A stretch of DNA of 64,000 nucleotides from the human T2T-CHM13v2.0 reference genome, Homo sapiens (GCA_009914755.4 CP068257.2:22880001-22944000), one strand, 5' to 3'. Positions 15,421 to 29,908 are shown, counted from the first letter of the stretch. Notes: generated by a model from the letters alone, not told the origin. A program made the numbers and translations.

Positions 15421-17271
15421 CTAAAAGAAAAATTAAAGATAGCCAGAAATAATCACATATTAAGATGATTAAAATAATATGCCTAAATTGTTCATCATTA
15501 CAACGAAATTTATTAGAGTCTTAAGAGTTAAAAGATGAATTGTTTTCAATAAATAAACTTGTATGTAGATTAAAACATTAGAGTTCACTAGACCTTATTG
15601 TCTCAAAAAACATTTCTCTCACATTAGACTTTCTTCTTACTTTAAAAATAAAACTTTTAAACCAACAATGTCAATTAGGCTTTATCTGAGCCCCAAATTC
15701 TTTAAAAATAATCAGTAATTTTAAATTTAAAGATTTTTTTCTGTCCCTTTTTTTCCTTAGAGGGTGATTTGTATTTAATGTAATATATTTAAAACATGTA
15801 CAATTATGATATTTCCCTAATTCCAATGTTTACAACAGCAAAATAATATTTTTGTGACAATTGCAAATGACTTTTTGTGAATTCTGCCTGTACCTTATAT
15901 CTGGGAACTATCTACTAACATGGAAATGTAGAGAAAGCCAACAATTTTCCTAGAAAGATAGACTTATTCCTGTCACAGTGAAGGTCACACGTATTCCCAG
16001 GCCTGTTGAACATCTGAAGACAGAGATTTTGAAGACAGATTGCTTTTTTCCCTCTGCGTAGCATTTTGAAATATTTCTAAGTGAGGATAAAATATGACAG
16101 GCACAGAAGTGATTTCAAAAAAAAATGGTGGAGTAGGCAGCTCTAAGCTCCTTTTCTCACAACTAAAACATTAAAGAACAATGAACAACCGTCAGAACCA
16201 ATTTTGTCAGAACTCTGAAAAACAGCCAAAGATTTATAGCAAGCAGGTGAACACTGAATCAAGAAAAAGGCAACTTTACAATGAAAGAGATCTGTTGCAT
16301 TGTTACTTGCTCTTGTCACACCTCTTCCCCAGTTTGGTGGCAGTCCTAGTCCTGAAGACAACTGTCCGTGTTGCTAGGGTGCCATCCTGGTCCTTGGATT
16401 CAGAAAAAAAAAAAAAAAAGCATGCCTTATTCATAAATTATCGTGTAAATCTGTTCTTAGCTACCTGGAGACAAGCTGAAGGACTAATAAAAATGTACTC
16501 ATCTCTGTTTCACTGAACTCACCTAAGGCCAGAAAAGCAGTAGGCATTTTTTGAAAACATTGGTGAATAACAAACCACAGATGTCTGGGGCTAATATTCA
16601 TGGCTGAGACAGACATAAAATAGAATTCCTAAAACCGGGGAGGAAAATCTGCTAGACAGTTATTTGGGAAATTAGGGTGTTCAAAGTCACCTGTGTAGAT
16701 GGGGGAACTTAGAAAGCTATACACATGATGAGGATAAGATGCATGATCAAAAAGTTTTGGAAGATCAGGGGCTCTCACCTTTGGCCAATCTCTAGACTCA
16801 GTGCAAATCTGGCTAAAAGTTTTGAAAGAGAGCTGCAGCATGAAATCCACTGGCAAAAAGTAAGAAACACAAGTTTTGATAGTTTGTTTGTTTTCTAGCT
16901 CCTAGTGTTCAAAGAAATGTATATTGAAACACTATATGCATATAGCTACCAAACAAAGTCTTCGGTAACCAACACACAGCAATGAATACAATCTCTGCAA
17001 AATAGTTGGGAAAAGTTACTAGACAAATAGATTACGAAAGCCTTCAAAATAAAAAACAAACAAACAAACAAAAAACACACCCTGGGAAAAGCAAAGAATC
17101 TGATTTCTAGAGTTACCACTTTTTAATATTCAAATATGCTGTTTTCAACAAATAACCACAGGGAATACAAAGAAACACACAACTATGTGTCATTTAATGG
17201 AACAAAGTAAATCAACGGAACATTAGATTAAATAGACAGAAATTAAATAGACATTAGATTAAATAGACAGA

Positions 17272-17665
17272 GATTGTCTTGGTTCCTTTTGTGCTGCTAT
17301 AACAGAATACCTGAGACTGGATAATTTATAAACTATAGAAATGTATTTTTCAAAGTTACGGAGGCTAGGAAGTCTAAGATCAAGTCACCAGCTGGTTAAT
17401 TGTCTGATGAGGGTCCCGTCCTTGCTTCCAAGATGTCATCTGTAATGCTTCATCTTCTAAAGGAGAGGAATGCTGTGTCTTCATGTGGCAGAAGTCGGAA
17501 GGGTGAAAGAATAAATTCCCTCATTATATAAGGGCACCTAATCCCATTCATGAAGGTGGAGCCCTCTTGACTCAATCACCTCTCAAGGCCACACCTCCCA
17601 ATACTGTTGGGTGGAGGATTACCTTTCAACATGAATTTTGGTGGTGACAAAAACATTCAAACCAT
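17272..17665 (-). mobile_element. MaLR LTR (MLT1/MST-type), antisense
   Basis: The reverse complement gives a MLT1-like LTR ('…ccaaaattcatgttgaaaggtaatcctccacccaacagtattgggaggtgtggccttgagaggtgattgagtcaagagggctccaccttcatgaatgggattagg…ccacatgaagacacagcattcc…tctcaggtattctgttatagcagcacaaaagg'). Confidence 0.75.
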
Positions 17666-19290
17666 ACCACTGTGTCCCTAGTCCCCCAAAATTCAGGTCC
17701 TTTTCAAATAAAAAATACATTCTTTTCATCCCAAATGTTAACTCATTTTTTTACCAACATAAAAGTCTAAAATGTAGAGTCTCATGTAAATCTGATATTT
17801 ATAAGACTTATTTTATAGTATTTTGTAAGATTAGAATCTTATTTTATAAGATTTATCTTGAGGCAAATTTCCTCTAGAACTGAGAAGCCTGCGAAAATAA
17901 ATTATGTGCCTCTAAAATTCAATGGTGGAACAGGCATAGGATAGATTTTCCCATTACAAAATGGAAAACTAGAAAAGAAGAAAGGGACAATAGATCTCAA
18001 GTAAGCAAAAACCCAATAGTGCAAACAAAATTAAATCTTTAGGTTAGTGAATAATGTTTGACTCCCTGGCTTACCTCCTCAACACAATGGGCTATGAATT
18101 GAGTCTCCAAGGTCCAAAAGCATACAACCTTCATGACTTTGTTAGGCATAGCCCACAGCACAGCTCCTGTGTGCTGGAGTTGGGTGCCTGTGGCTCTTTA
18201 TGAGTGGCATTGCATACTGGTGGCTCCATAGTCACTGGGTACTGGGGACATCACAGCCACCAAGACTCTACTAGATATAGTTTTAGTGGGCACTTGCTGC
18301 AGTGGCTCTGCCCCTGTGGCAGGTCTATTCCTGAACCTCAAGGCTCTCTGAGGCGTACTTCTCAATGTAGGTTGAGGCAGCCTGCCTCCACAGCTCCTGT
18401 AGTCTGCATTCCTGCAAAATTAGCACTATATGGACTCTGCCAATGTTAATGCCTGTACCTTCTAGAGGTATAGCTCTTGACTCACATGGGCCTACTGGAG
18501 ACATAGCTAGGATAATTAAGGAGCACTGTGTAGGAATGTGGGGAGCAGAGACATGAGATGGCCATGGATGTGTTAGGAAGAGTATCCTCAAAGATCTTCA
18601 AGATGTGTTCGAGGTCATTCTCCTAATGTCTTGATAAGTAGCAAGTAGCTTCCTTCTATCCACATTAATCTCCTTACCAAACAGGCACTTGGCCACCGCC
18701 TTGCTTTTCCCTCCAAAACATGCTTTTTCATTCTTTACATAGCCTGGCTGAGAATTTTCCAAATCTGTATGTATCAATCCTTTTCATTACAAAGCTTATC
18801 TCTAAATCATTTCTCTCTTCTCAACTTTTACTATAAGCAGCTAAGAGAAGCCACACAGCATTCTAAATACTTTGCTTCTTAGGGATTTCTTGTGGTCAGT
18901 ATCCTAGTTCACTGTCCTTAAGTTCTGCTTTCCACAGAGTCCTAGGATATGGATATAATTCAGCAAAGTACTTTGCCATTTTGTAACAAGATGAAAGACC
19001 CAGTTTCTAATGATATATTCTTCATTTCCATATAAGACCACATCAGAATGTCCTTTACTGTCCATATTTCCCCCAAGATTCTATTTACAACTACTTAAAA
19101 AATATCTTAGAATGATTCAATCTTTATTTGAAGTTTTCTCTTTTCTGTGCCCTCATCAGAATCACCCTTCAGTTTCAAGTTATGGCAAAACAAGCTTCTC
19201 AAGAATTCACTTCAAAACTTTTCTAAGCTCTACTTATTACCCAGTTCAAAAGCTGCTTTAACATTTTTAGGTATTTGTTATAGCAGCACC

Positions 19291-19725
19291 TCACTTCTCT
19301 GGTATCAGTTTCTTCTTAGTCAGTGTTATACTGCTATATCAGAATACCTGACACTGGATAATTTATGAAAAACAGAAATTTATTTAGCACAAGCTGGCAG
19401 CTGGGATGTCCAATATGAAGGCCCCGGCAGGTTTCTTGTTTGGTGAGCGTTCAGTCTCAGCTTCCAAGATTGCACCTTGAATGCTGCATCCATGGATGGG
19501 AAGAGCACTGTGTCTTCACATGGCAGAAGGTGGAAGGGCAAAAGAATAATAAACTCCTCCCCAGCAACTCCCTTCATACTTGTAATAAAGGCCCCTACTC
19601 CCTTTTATAAGGGCAGAAGCTCTAGACTCAATCACCTTTAAATGGTCACGTCTCCCAATAATGTCGCCTTGGATGTTGTTTCAACATAAATTTTGGAGGT
19701 GAAAATAGCATTTTAACTATAGGAA
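19291..19725 (-). mobile_element. MaLR LTR (MLT1/MST-type), antisense, same orientation as the LTR at 17272
   Basis: '…ctgctatatcagaatacctgacactggataatttatgaaaaacagaaatttatt…gtcttcacatggcagaaggtggaagggcaaaag…caacataaattttggaggtgaaaatagc' matches the reverse complement of the same LTR class. Confidence 0.75.
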
Positions 19726-19984
19726 ATATATTACAATAACTTTAAAATGTGTTCAAAGAGTTATATAAAGCACGGTCAAAGGACTAAAAGAAATAAGGAA
19801 AGTGTGGTATAAACACAATGATTATGTCAATAAAGACAGAGAAATTACAAAAAGGAACAAAACAAAAATTCTGGTGATAAAATATAATTACTTAAATCAA
19901 GTTTTATTAGAATGGTACAAAAGCAGATTAGAACAAACACACATCTTCAAATTAATCTTTGGTTGGCTGAATATAAAAACATTT

Positions 19985-20760
19985 GAGTTTTGAGAGCAGA
20001 AAAAAATGAATAAAATTGAACAGAACCCAAGGAACTGTGAAACACCATCTAGTAGAACGAAATACACATCATCAGAGTTCCAGAAAGTAAACCAAGAGAG
20101 AAAAAGAAAGAAAGAATGTTTAAAGAAACAATGACAAAAACCTCCAAAATTTGTTGAAAGACATAAACTTACAAATCTAAGAAATTCAATAAACTCCAAG
20201 TAGGGAAAAACTCAGATAGACACATACTGAGACACATAATCACTCTGTTGGATGACAAAGATGAAAGGAACATCTTGGAAAGAGCAATAAAGAAGTGACT
20301 CACCTTTTACAAGGGAATCTCAATAAAACTAACAGTTTCTCTTCAGAAACAATGGGAGCAGAAGAAGTAGTATGGCATATTTAAAGTATTTAAAGAAAAA
20401 AATTAAGTAAATGAGAAAGACCTTTACCAGATAAATAAAGACGAAAAGGTTTATAACTACTAGATCTGCACTACAAGAAATGTTAAAGGGAGTCCTCCAA
20501 GTTAAGATGAAAGAACCCTTGACAGTAACTTGAAGTCATATGAAGAAATAAGAATCTCCAGTAAAGGTAACTATATCAGCAAACATAAAAACCAGTATTA
20601 TAAAATTTTTGGTTTGTTATAATTTTACTCTAAATTTATAAAAGTTTGGGATGTGTGTGTGTGTGTGTGTGTGTGTGCAGGTGCACATTATTGAAGTCTA
20701 ATGTGAAAATATTTCAAAAATAAAGCAAGTAAAAGTAGCATAAGGGCTGTGTTTTTCATT
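19985..20760 (+). mobile_element. Old L1 (L1M-like) ORF1 region fragment, sense
   Basis: The sequence closely follows the L1M ORF1 consensus ('…cagaaagtaaaccaagagagaaaaagaaagaaagaatgtttaaagaaacaatgacaaaaacctccaaaatttgttgaaagacataaacttacaaatctaagaaattcaataaactccaagtagg…cagaaacaatgggagcagaagaag…caagaaatgttaaagggagtcctccaagttaagatgaaag…ccagtaaaggtaactatatcagcaaacataaaaaccagtattataaaatttttggtttgt'). The translation is riddled with stops. Confidence 0.85.
20654..20677. repeat. (TG)n microsatellite, ~12 units, inside the L1M fragment
   Basis: Direct reading shows 'tgtgtgtgtgtgtgtgtgtgtgtg'. Confidence 0.9.
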
Positions 20761-23700
20761 TTGTGGATACTAGAATATCAGAATTTATCATATTTTTCTC
20801 TATGATGTCTTTCTTAAGACATGCATGAACACAGGTTGTTCCACTACATATGCAAACAGATATATAAAGTCACTTCAAAAACAGGCTTAAAATGTCAGAA
20901 TTTTAATGTGAAATTGAGAGCATTAGAGAAAAGTCTGTTTGGTATAAACCCTAGGTTTTCTCTCACATTTGAATATCATCCTATCTTTCATTCAGGTTAA
21001 ATTCCTTCATCCCACTACGTGGTGCAGCCTGACAACATGCCTCAAAATCATTGATTCTTACCAGTGGACTAGGTCCCAGTTGTAACAACTGAAAATAAAT
21101 TTAGCATCTGACTGAATTTCCCTTCATTTAAAATTAGATTATGGAATAACAATTTTTGAGGCAACTTACTTTATATTGTCTGAGATGCTTCTGTTGCATT
21201 AGCAGAAAGTCTGGGAAAAAGTAAGGTAGATAGGAGTGGGATAATAAAGGAGATACTGTGATCCTGTTGGACCAGAGACCATACAGAAAACAAAATAGTT
21301 GAAATAAATATCCCAGAATTCTTCTTAAGAATATATTTGCTAATCTTTTCAAATCATTATGAGTTTGTCTTTGTTTGTTATGGATGAAAAAGGACATTTT
21401 ATGGAATTAAGTTTTGATATTATTTTTTCCTCTTAGTTAGAAGCGTATGCACTACTTTCTGCAGGAAGAATACTCTGGAAGAGAAGATCATTAATAAGTA
21501 AATTTTTGCAGGTGGTATTGATTGGAACAATATTTTATACAAAACATAAAATTGTCATTGCATAGTAAGTCAGAATATGCTGCTTTTCTTTAAAATATGA
21601 AATATGTTTCAAAATGAAGACAAGGATGAGGTAGCATCATATTGAAATGGCATTATCTGCAGATTTTCCTATAAAGCTATAGATCGTGCTTCAACTCTAT
21701 GCATTTAACACATTCCAGAGCTCCCATTATATTTAAATGATGGAGCAAAATCACAGATTTCTACTGACACATTGTTTTTTCGAAAGAAATAAATTTGAAA
21801 GATAACTGGCTTGCAACGCCTACAATTTTATGTAAAAACCTTACTTAATCACATCAAATAGAGTGTTTGTCAGCTGGAAAAAAAATAGTTCCTTCTTAAG
21901 CTTCTAAAAAAAGATGCCACCTTAAAAAGTATTCAAATAAGAGCGATATGTGGGAAACCTCATTCTTTGGCAACTTATCACAACAACTGATTATGTATTT
22001 AAGCATGCATAAATATACTTTCTATACACATTTAACCTAAACTGATAACTTTTAACCCATAAACCAATTAAATTAAATCATTCCAAAGTGATCTTACATT
22101 GCTAGTGTTATAATAAGCAGGTTTTTCCTAGCATAACTATTTTTCAAAATTTTGATTGTGTAGAGACTCAAAGTAAATAACAAGATAATCTATGATAAAA
22201 CATATCTAAAACATAAAGTCCAAAGTTTAATTGCTCTGTGTTTGTTGATTTTCATGTATACATTGCACTCCTTGTTGTTGACGATGGTGTGGCATTATTC
22301 AGAAACAAATAGTTTCACTTAACGGATTCACTGATAAATACCAGTGATTTCATTAGAGATTTATGCTATTGAAATTACTCAGATATTTATCAGTGAATAC
22401 ACTAGTAATTGGATAATTATTGGATCATAATTTGTGCTAAAATACAAAGTTTTTAAAAATCTTTTATTCCTTTCACTCATTCTTTCATTTGTTCAACAAA
22501 TAGTGACTTGGTGCTTCCTATGTGTCAGCATTGCTCTGGACTCTGATTCTGGCAGTGAGGCAAATATGCGATTGTTCTTAGAACTTTTATTTTTAGTGAC
22601 AATGGGCAAATATTAAACAAAGTAAATATTTTAACTACTTAAAAGTTTACAAATACTTCAGAACTAAGGCAGGGGAAGGAGAAAAGGTTTCCAGAAGTTG
22701 GAGAGTTTATTCCAATATTAAGTAGCGTTATAAGAGAATATCTACTAAAAAGATAATATTTAATCAAAGAACAAAGAAAAAAGGTAGCAATGTTGTGTTC
22801 TAGGGCAAGAATGTTGAAAGTATATAAAAAAGAAAGTGCAAAGTTTCTGGGCTGGGGTCATATCTTTCCATTATACAAAGGCATCCAAGGAGGAGCCAGA
22901 GAGAGAATAGTAGGATATAAGTAAGAAAAATAATGCAGGGTCAAATTATACTGGACATTTCAGGCCTCTGTATAGTCTATTTTTTGCTATTACAAGTATT
23001 GGCAAAAAAAAAAAGTGAATTACTTTTAATGGCAAAAACCGCGACTGCTTCTGCACCAACCTAATACAAGGACAATGGAATTTATTGTTTGTTGCTATAA
23101 GCACTAATGCCTTTAACAGAGAAAATGACAGACTCAAATCAGCCAATTGGTAATTGAATGCATGGTAGGAAAGTTACAATGTATCCATGGGATTATTTAA
23201 AGAGACCATAATTTCTTGGAAGTGGAATGTAATTGATGCTGATGATCTGGCCCAAGATCTGATTATAAGAGGAGTAGAATTTCAAATTGAACTGTTTTCT
23301 CAGCAAGTCAAAATCAGGGTCATAAAGTGAAGGGACAGGACCCAGAGAGAAGTGATTCAGGAACATTAAAGAACCAGATCTCCTCGAGCTCTCTAAACCT
23401 AAAGAAGTGGTTCACTTTTCTTTTTTAGACTGTAACAGACCCCTGGAGACTTCCCACTGGACTCCCCTGAGGCAGATATTTTGCAAAAGAAAACTTCCCG
23501 CCATGAGATCTTTTCCCACATTCCCTCTTGGCAACTTAACCAGAAGATAAGGTTAAGTTCATTTCCACGGCCTTTAGAACCTCTGGACCTTATACATGAG
23601 AAAAGACATCATTCATGGTTGGAGTCACTGGACCTGGTTAATATGTACCAAAAGGAAACAGAAAAAGCAGTTCTGGTGGCTACATCTTGCAAGTACTAGA

Positions 23701-26189
23701 CCAGAATATAAAGCTGGATGAGAGAGACTTTGATGATATGAAGTACTAGGGTTTAAAGGGAACACCGAACTCAGTGGATTGCAAGAGCATCTGACATCAG
23801 CCCTACTGTGCTTTAGGCATGGCTCTTGGAAATATGACAGACCACAGTACATAGTGTGAAGTTTCTAGACCTGCCCTGATACAGTGTTGTGGAACCAATA
23901 TAAAGACTGAGTCACTGGACAAGCTAGAGTGACTGTGTACTTCAGGATTAACAAAAACATTAGTTTCACTAAGTTTATAAAGATTGAAATTTTTACAGGC
24001 TTAACAGTGGCTGTTGTCTATAGGCCAAGAAGGATTAGCAAGTAATGCTCTTATGAAACAAATGTTGAAGATGATATACAATTCTAGAAGAGCAAAGGAA
24101 AGGTGGTAGCATGTAATCAGTACAGAGAGATAAGGACCAACATAATTTCCATGCCAGTTATCAGCAACTCAACAGCTGAGGAACTCTATTATGTAGGAAT
24201 CTAAGATCATGGATGAGCTATCATCACAGTTTTTAGGGGAACTATAGAAAGGCTTCCAATAAGGATTTTTGTACATGTACATATATATTCAGAAAGCAGC
24301 TAATGTGGAGAAGCAGAAGGTCGATGTCAGCCACTCCAGTGGAAATTTCAATCACTCATCTACTTTCCAAGCTTGAGCCAACTTTCAGACTGAGAGTCCA
24401 ATAATTAAAGCAGAAGCTCTGTTTTTCTGAGAAATGACCTGATGGCAGAGCAAATATATACTGTAAAGATAATTCTCTTCCTCTACTCAAAGTGTCTGTA
24501 GCCGCAGGTACATATGGAAAAGGGAGCACCCACATTTTTTGATATAGTGTGTGAATTGAAGGAAAGTCAACTTTTACCATAGCCTCCCTTCAAGAGTGGG
24601 TACATATGAAAATCAGGTAATAAATTTAGTTTAACCACGAATTCATTTCACAATGGGTCCAATGAGTCCATATATGCACAATAAAACTTTATTTCCTGAA
24701 TTCATAATTTAGATATACATACATAGTAACTGGCAGAACACTCACTCTAGTTCCTTGAAATGTGAATGAATAATAATTGTCATAGGAAAGGTCAAGGAAA
24801 AGACTGAAAAATGTCTTTATACCACAGCCAAGAGACTTCATAAAGCAATATTGCCTTCCAGATACAATAGAAGAGATCAGTGCCATTTTTAAAAACCTAA
24901 AAAGTTGCAGAGGCAGTTTCTACTGTATTCTCATTTCAGTCACTTGTGTGGCCACACAAAAATCAAATACATGATGGCAGATTGCAGTGAACTCTAGGAC
25001 ACATACCCAAATGGTAGACATACAAAGCTGTTCTGACAAGTGTGATATTACTGGAATGGGTAGACTTGGGTATGTGATACGTGTTAATTCTTATTTTTAG
25101 TTGCAGAATTATAATTAGACACTTTTTTATAAATTTAAGATTTTGGTTAAAAATAATATATTTGCTTAAACATAAAACACAGTATGTATTTTTTTATTGC
25201 TACAGGTGACGATGTTTCTCCAGTTTATAGTGATCAAATTTTGTTATCCATTGAGTTCTAGGAAAGTCTTGAATTTTAATGTTTTTAGACAGAAAGTTTC
25301 AAAGGCATCTTTATTGTCAATAAGCTCTTCAGCTTGGATAAAAGGTAAAAACTAATAAAGGATTCCATTTACATTTGTTATGTCTCACAATTTGTATTTT
25401 CTTGGATCCAGGCAAAATGTTTAAAAATCTAGTTAAACTCATTACATAAATTTATACATAACATTTTTTCTAACTTTGTTTGTCAAGATAATCTTATAAA
25501 CAATGTATAAATAAAATATAATATACTAATCTCAGGAATTGATGCCACATCCTGAAAATATTAGCTGAAAATACCTGGAAATAAATGTGCAAAGTTCTAT
25601 GCATTACAAGAAAGAAGCATGTTTAGATAAAATTAACTAGGTTGTTATAAATACCATCTTCAAAATTATTGTTAACCCTACTAAAGGTTATAAAATGTTT
25701 TTATTAAAATTTATTCAATCATTTACCAGAGTAATAAGCAAAGTAATTGTCATACATGTAAATATAGAATTTACAAAATTAAATATTCAAAATATGAAAA
25801 TGAAACATTAACTGCAAATTGTATAGCATTCTTTCATTTATTTAACCTCTCTGACCAAAGCAAGCTCGTTCATGTTTGTCAAGCAATTGTTCTTTGACTT
25901 TTTTGAACTTGGTTAAAATGGCACTTTAATGAAATAATGTGGGCATAAAATGGAAAACAATAATTAAAGGCTTTTCTTCAATTATACATTATTAGTACCT
26001 AGTTTTTCCTTCACTTAATGTTTACCTTTCCAAGGCTAAGACCAGAAGACATCTGGAGACTCTAAGGAGAGTACTAGATCTGTCAAATATTTCAATATAT
26101 ACAGCTCTCATTCTTCTTTTCCCAATAACCTAGTGTAATTTTAGTAAAACAAAATTAATAGTATTCAGTTATAGACATTTTAAGCCTAC

Positions 26190-26234
26190 TGGTGTGTGTG
26201 TGTGTGTGTCTGTGTTTGTCTGTGTGTGTGTGTG
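26190..26234. repeat. Imperfect (TG)n microsatellite
   Basis: 'gtgtgtgtgtgtgtgtctgtgtttgtctgtgtgtgtgtgtgc'. Confidence 0.85.
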
Positions 26235-26679
26235 CATCTTGGGCCTATTTTTTAGAGAAAGGAAAGGTAAGAGTTGGTTTATGCTGTGTTTGGTCATATG
26301 CTTACTTAATACTTTTTGTTTGAAACAATAGCCAAATAAATAGATAAATTAATTAAAATGACCAGCTAAATTGTCACACAAACTATATATATAAAGTTAA
26401 AACATGGGTCAACATTCTCTTTCAGGTAATTATGAAGAATAAGCACTCTGTCTCATGGCATATTTCTGGGGAAAAAAAACATAAAAAAGAATTTTAGTTT
26501 TCTAAATTCTGAACTTCAAATCCCTGCCTCCGTGCACAACTACATTATTCCAAAGAATAGCATCTGAAATATTATATTTTGTTAGATCATTATTGATTTA
26601 ATGATGGCATTGGTCAAGATGTAAAGAGCATTCTGTAAACTAGCACACACAGCTCACAGCTTTCAATGTATTTTTTTAA

Positions 26680-26998
<319 letters not shown>

Positions 26999-29140
26999 TA
27001 TCTCTTTTCTTATTCTGAGCAGGAAATAAGAAAGCAACTGTGGCAAGATCTGTGAGATGGTAAACAAGTGCCAACATAAACTTAGACATATCTAGTATAA
27101 TCTGTATTCTAATGCTCCAGAAGCTCCATTGTTTTTTATCCTGTCCCTACCCCAATCTTGATGCCCCCTTTTATTCCAGACTCTGCTCTGGAATGAATAG
27201 ATATATTTATGTAGCTTTTGTTAAAGTTCTTGTCAAGTATATTTTATGATAAAAAATTTGCATTAAATTTTCTGTAGGGCATGCAGATACAGCTAAACAT
27301 ACTACTTACAAAACTGTACATTTTAAAGTTGAATGGATCCCTGCTAAGCTACATTGCATTCTGTTCCTGTTTCTTTTTTTTTTTTCTTATTTGGAGAAGT
27401 GGTGACTGAGAAAGAAATATTTCATTGTTGTGGCAATTCCTTGAACACTAGCTTCTTATATTACTTGTAATATGTCAGTCCTAGAGCCATTCTTCCTCGT
27501 GGGAGTTGGCATCACACACATTTATAATGGCAGCAAGAAACCTCAATGTGGATGCTGAACTACACGCCACTTCCCAGCAAAGAGGGGAATACAACCACAA
27601 GAGGAACCTTCTTGACAAAACAAATGCTTCACATTGAAGTTCTTTAAGATGTAGATTTAATTTCCATGGGGAAAGGCTGTATCGACATCAACAGCAGAAT
27701 TTCAAACTGAAATGATGCAGAAATTCACTGCAAGCCAAAATTTCAAAAAGAAAACATGTAGGTCCTTAGTGAGTTATATTTTGCTTTTAGTTAAAGATAA
27801 AAAGAACCCACGGACTTTTTAATGACTGCAAAAAGTTGAATTCACATTAATGTCATACTTTGGAACACCTTGGGTATACTTTCAAGTTGAATAAATTATG
27901 GTTTTTATTCATTTAAGGAATAACCTCTGGACATTTCCAAACCTGTGTCCTTTCTAACGTCATTCCAATCATGTGTAGTAGTTTTCATACAATCCTGGTT
28001 TAGAGGTGGTTGTCTAATTTCTTAGTGACTTTTCCTGAACATTTTTATTTTTTCCAATTATATCCAAAGCTACTGAAAAATATATTTTATGCATTACAAC
28101 AAAGTTAAACTTTAATAATGACCCTGAAAATAGTGGTAGAGTGAATTTAAACATTTGAAAAATATTTTAAGGAAGCAATTATAGAATAAATAAATAGTAA
28201 AAAATATATTTTTGATTTGAAATTCAATGTTCATCTATACATGTATGGTATCTATCTATCAACATTTTCATGAAACTGCCTATCAAAACAAAAAGGACAT
28301 AGCTCATATAAGAGTTAGTGAAAAAGATAGAATTGTTGAGCCCAGTTAAAAGTCTGTAAGTTAATATTTGAGAATAAAACATTTCTTGAAAACCATGTTG
28401 AAATATTCTTTGGATGAAGGTTTCTTAGTCACACTAGACTTTAATCACACTAGACTTCAAGTTCCTTTAATGAAATAACAATTCCTCTTTCAAGACATTT
28501 ACACATTATTTATTCAATCAGAAAACTGTCCTTGGCATATTTTGCCAATCTAACTTATGCTCATTTTTAAAGCATCAACTTAATCAATTATTCCTTAGCA
28601 GAAACTGAAGTGGCCCCAGTGAAATACTCTTCTCAGCAACAGTTCACCTATATTGTCCACTGCCTTAGAGCTGTGGTTTGATAGTTGATTTTGCTAACTG
28701 AATATAATAGAAGTGACACTGCATGGCCCTTGAGGTGAGATAAGAAGAAGTCTTACAGATTCCTCCCTGGTCTTCTAATGTGCTCTATGGATCCAGTTAC
28801 TATAATATAAAAGAGCATATGAAACCTCAGGAAGAAGCTCCCATGAAGAGGAAAAAAATATTCTGATCAAAAGTCTAGTTGAGCTCACAATTAAAAAACA
28901 GCCTTACCCATTAGGGATGTGAGGGGGCAATATTGGAAAACACTCCAGTTCCAGCTGGGATCTTCCTGCTGACATTATATTGAGAAGCAATAAGCTTATT
29001 TCTAACAAGCATTACCCAATCTGAGAATTATAGGCACAAGAAACGATTATTATTTTAAGCATTGGAGTATTTGCTTTAGGAAATTGTTTAAACAATAGTT
29101 AAAAACAAACAAACAAACAAAAAATCTCAAATATACTTTT

Positions 29141-29434
29141 CTTTTTTTTTTTTTTTTTTTGAGACAGGGTCTTGCTCTGTCACCCAGGCTGGAGTGCAAT
29201 GGCGTGATCTTGGCTCACTGCAGCCTTGATCACCTGGGCTTCAGCAATTCTTCCTCAGCTTCCAGAGAGCTAGGACTACAAGCCTGAGCCACAATACCTG
29301 CATTTCTTTTTTCTTTAATGTAGAGACAGGGTCTCACTTTGTTTTCCAGGCTGGTCTCCAATCTTGGGGCTCAAGCAATTGTCCCACCTCAACCTCCCAT
29401 GCTGGGATTACAGGTGTGAGCCATGATGCCCAAT
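29141..29434 (-). mobile_element. Alu SINE (AluJ/S-like), antisense, with 'aatatactt' target-site duplication
   Basis: A 19-nt poly-T is followed by 'gagacagggtcttgctctgtcacccaggctggagtgcaatggcgtgatcttggctcactgcagcc…gctgggattacaggtgtgagccatgatgcccaa'. The direct repeat 'aatatactt' is present on both flanks. Confidence 0.9.
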
Positions 29435-29621
29435 TGTAATATACTTATTTCATAGCAACATATACTTATCCATCATATAACTTTTTAAATATTAAAATGT
29501 GTACTTTTATCTGAACATGATTAGGACGTGGATATTTTTTGGAGAGGAAGGAATTATTCAGCTTACCACAATAGGGTCTGTATTTCATTGGAACCGTAAT
29601 TAAGAAATTCTTTAAAATTCT

Positions 29622-29908
29622 AGCTGGAAGCGGTGGCTCACGCCTGTAATCCCACACCTTGGGAGGCCGAGGTGGGCGGATTACCTCTGGTCAGGAGTTT
29701 GAGACCAGCCTGATCAACATGGTGGAACCTCTCTCTTAATAAAAATTTAAAAAAAATTAGTTGGGCATGGTGGCAGGTACCTGCAGTGCTAGCTACTTGG
29801 GAGGCTGAGGCGAGAGAATTGCTTGAACCTGGAAGGGGAATGTTGCAGTGAGCAAAGATCACTCCACTGAACTCCAGCCTGGACGACAGAGCAACACTCC
29901 ATCAAAAA
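29622..29908 (+). mobile_element. Alu SINE (AluS-like), sense, forming an inverted pair with the Alu at 29141
   Basis: 'gctggaagcggtggctcacgcctgtaatcccacaccttgggaggccgaggtgggcggattacctctggtcaggagtttgagaccagcctg…ccactgaactccagcctggacgacagagcaacactccatcaaaaaaaa'. Confidence 0.92.

Noticed and set aside
17222-17275. Short tandem 'ttagattaaatagacag' duplication just upstream of the MLT1 LTR boundary, considered as a possible TSD or regulatory repeat.
   Set aside because: It is about 17 bp and imperfect, it falls on one side only, and no matching copy is seen at the far end of the putative element. It is most simply a local slippage duplication.
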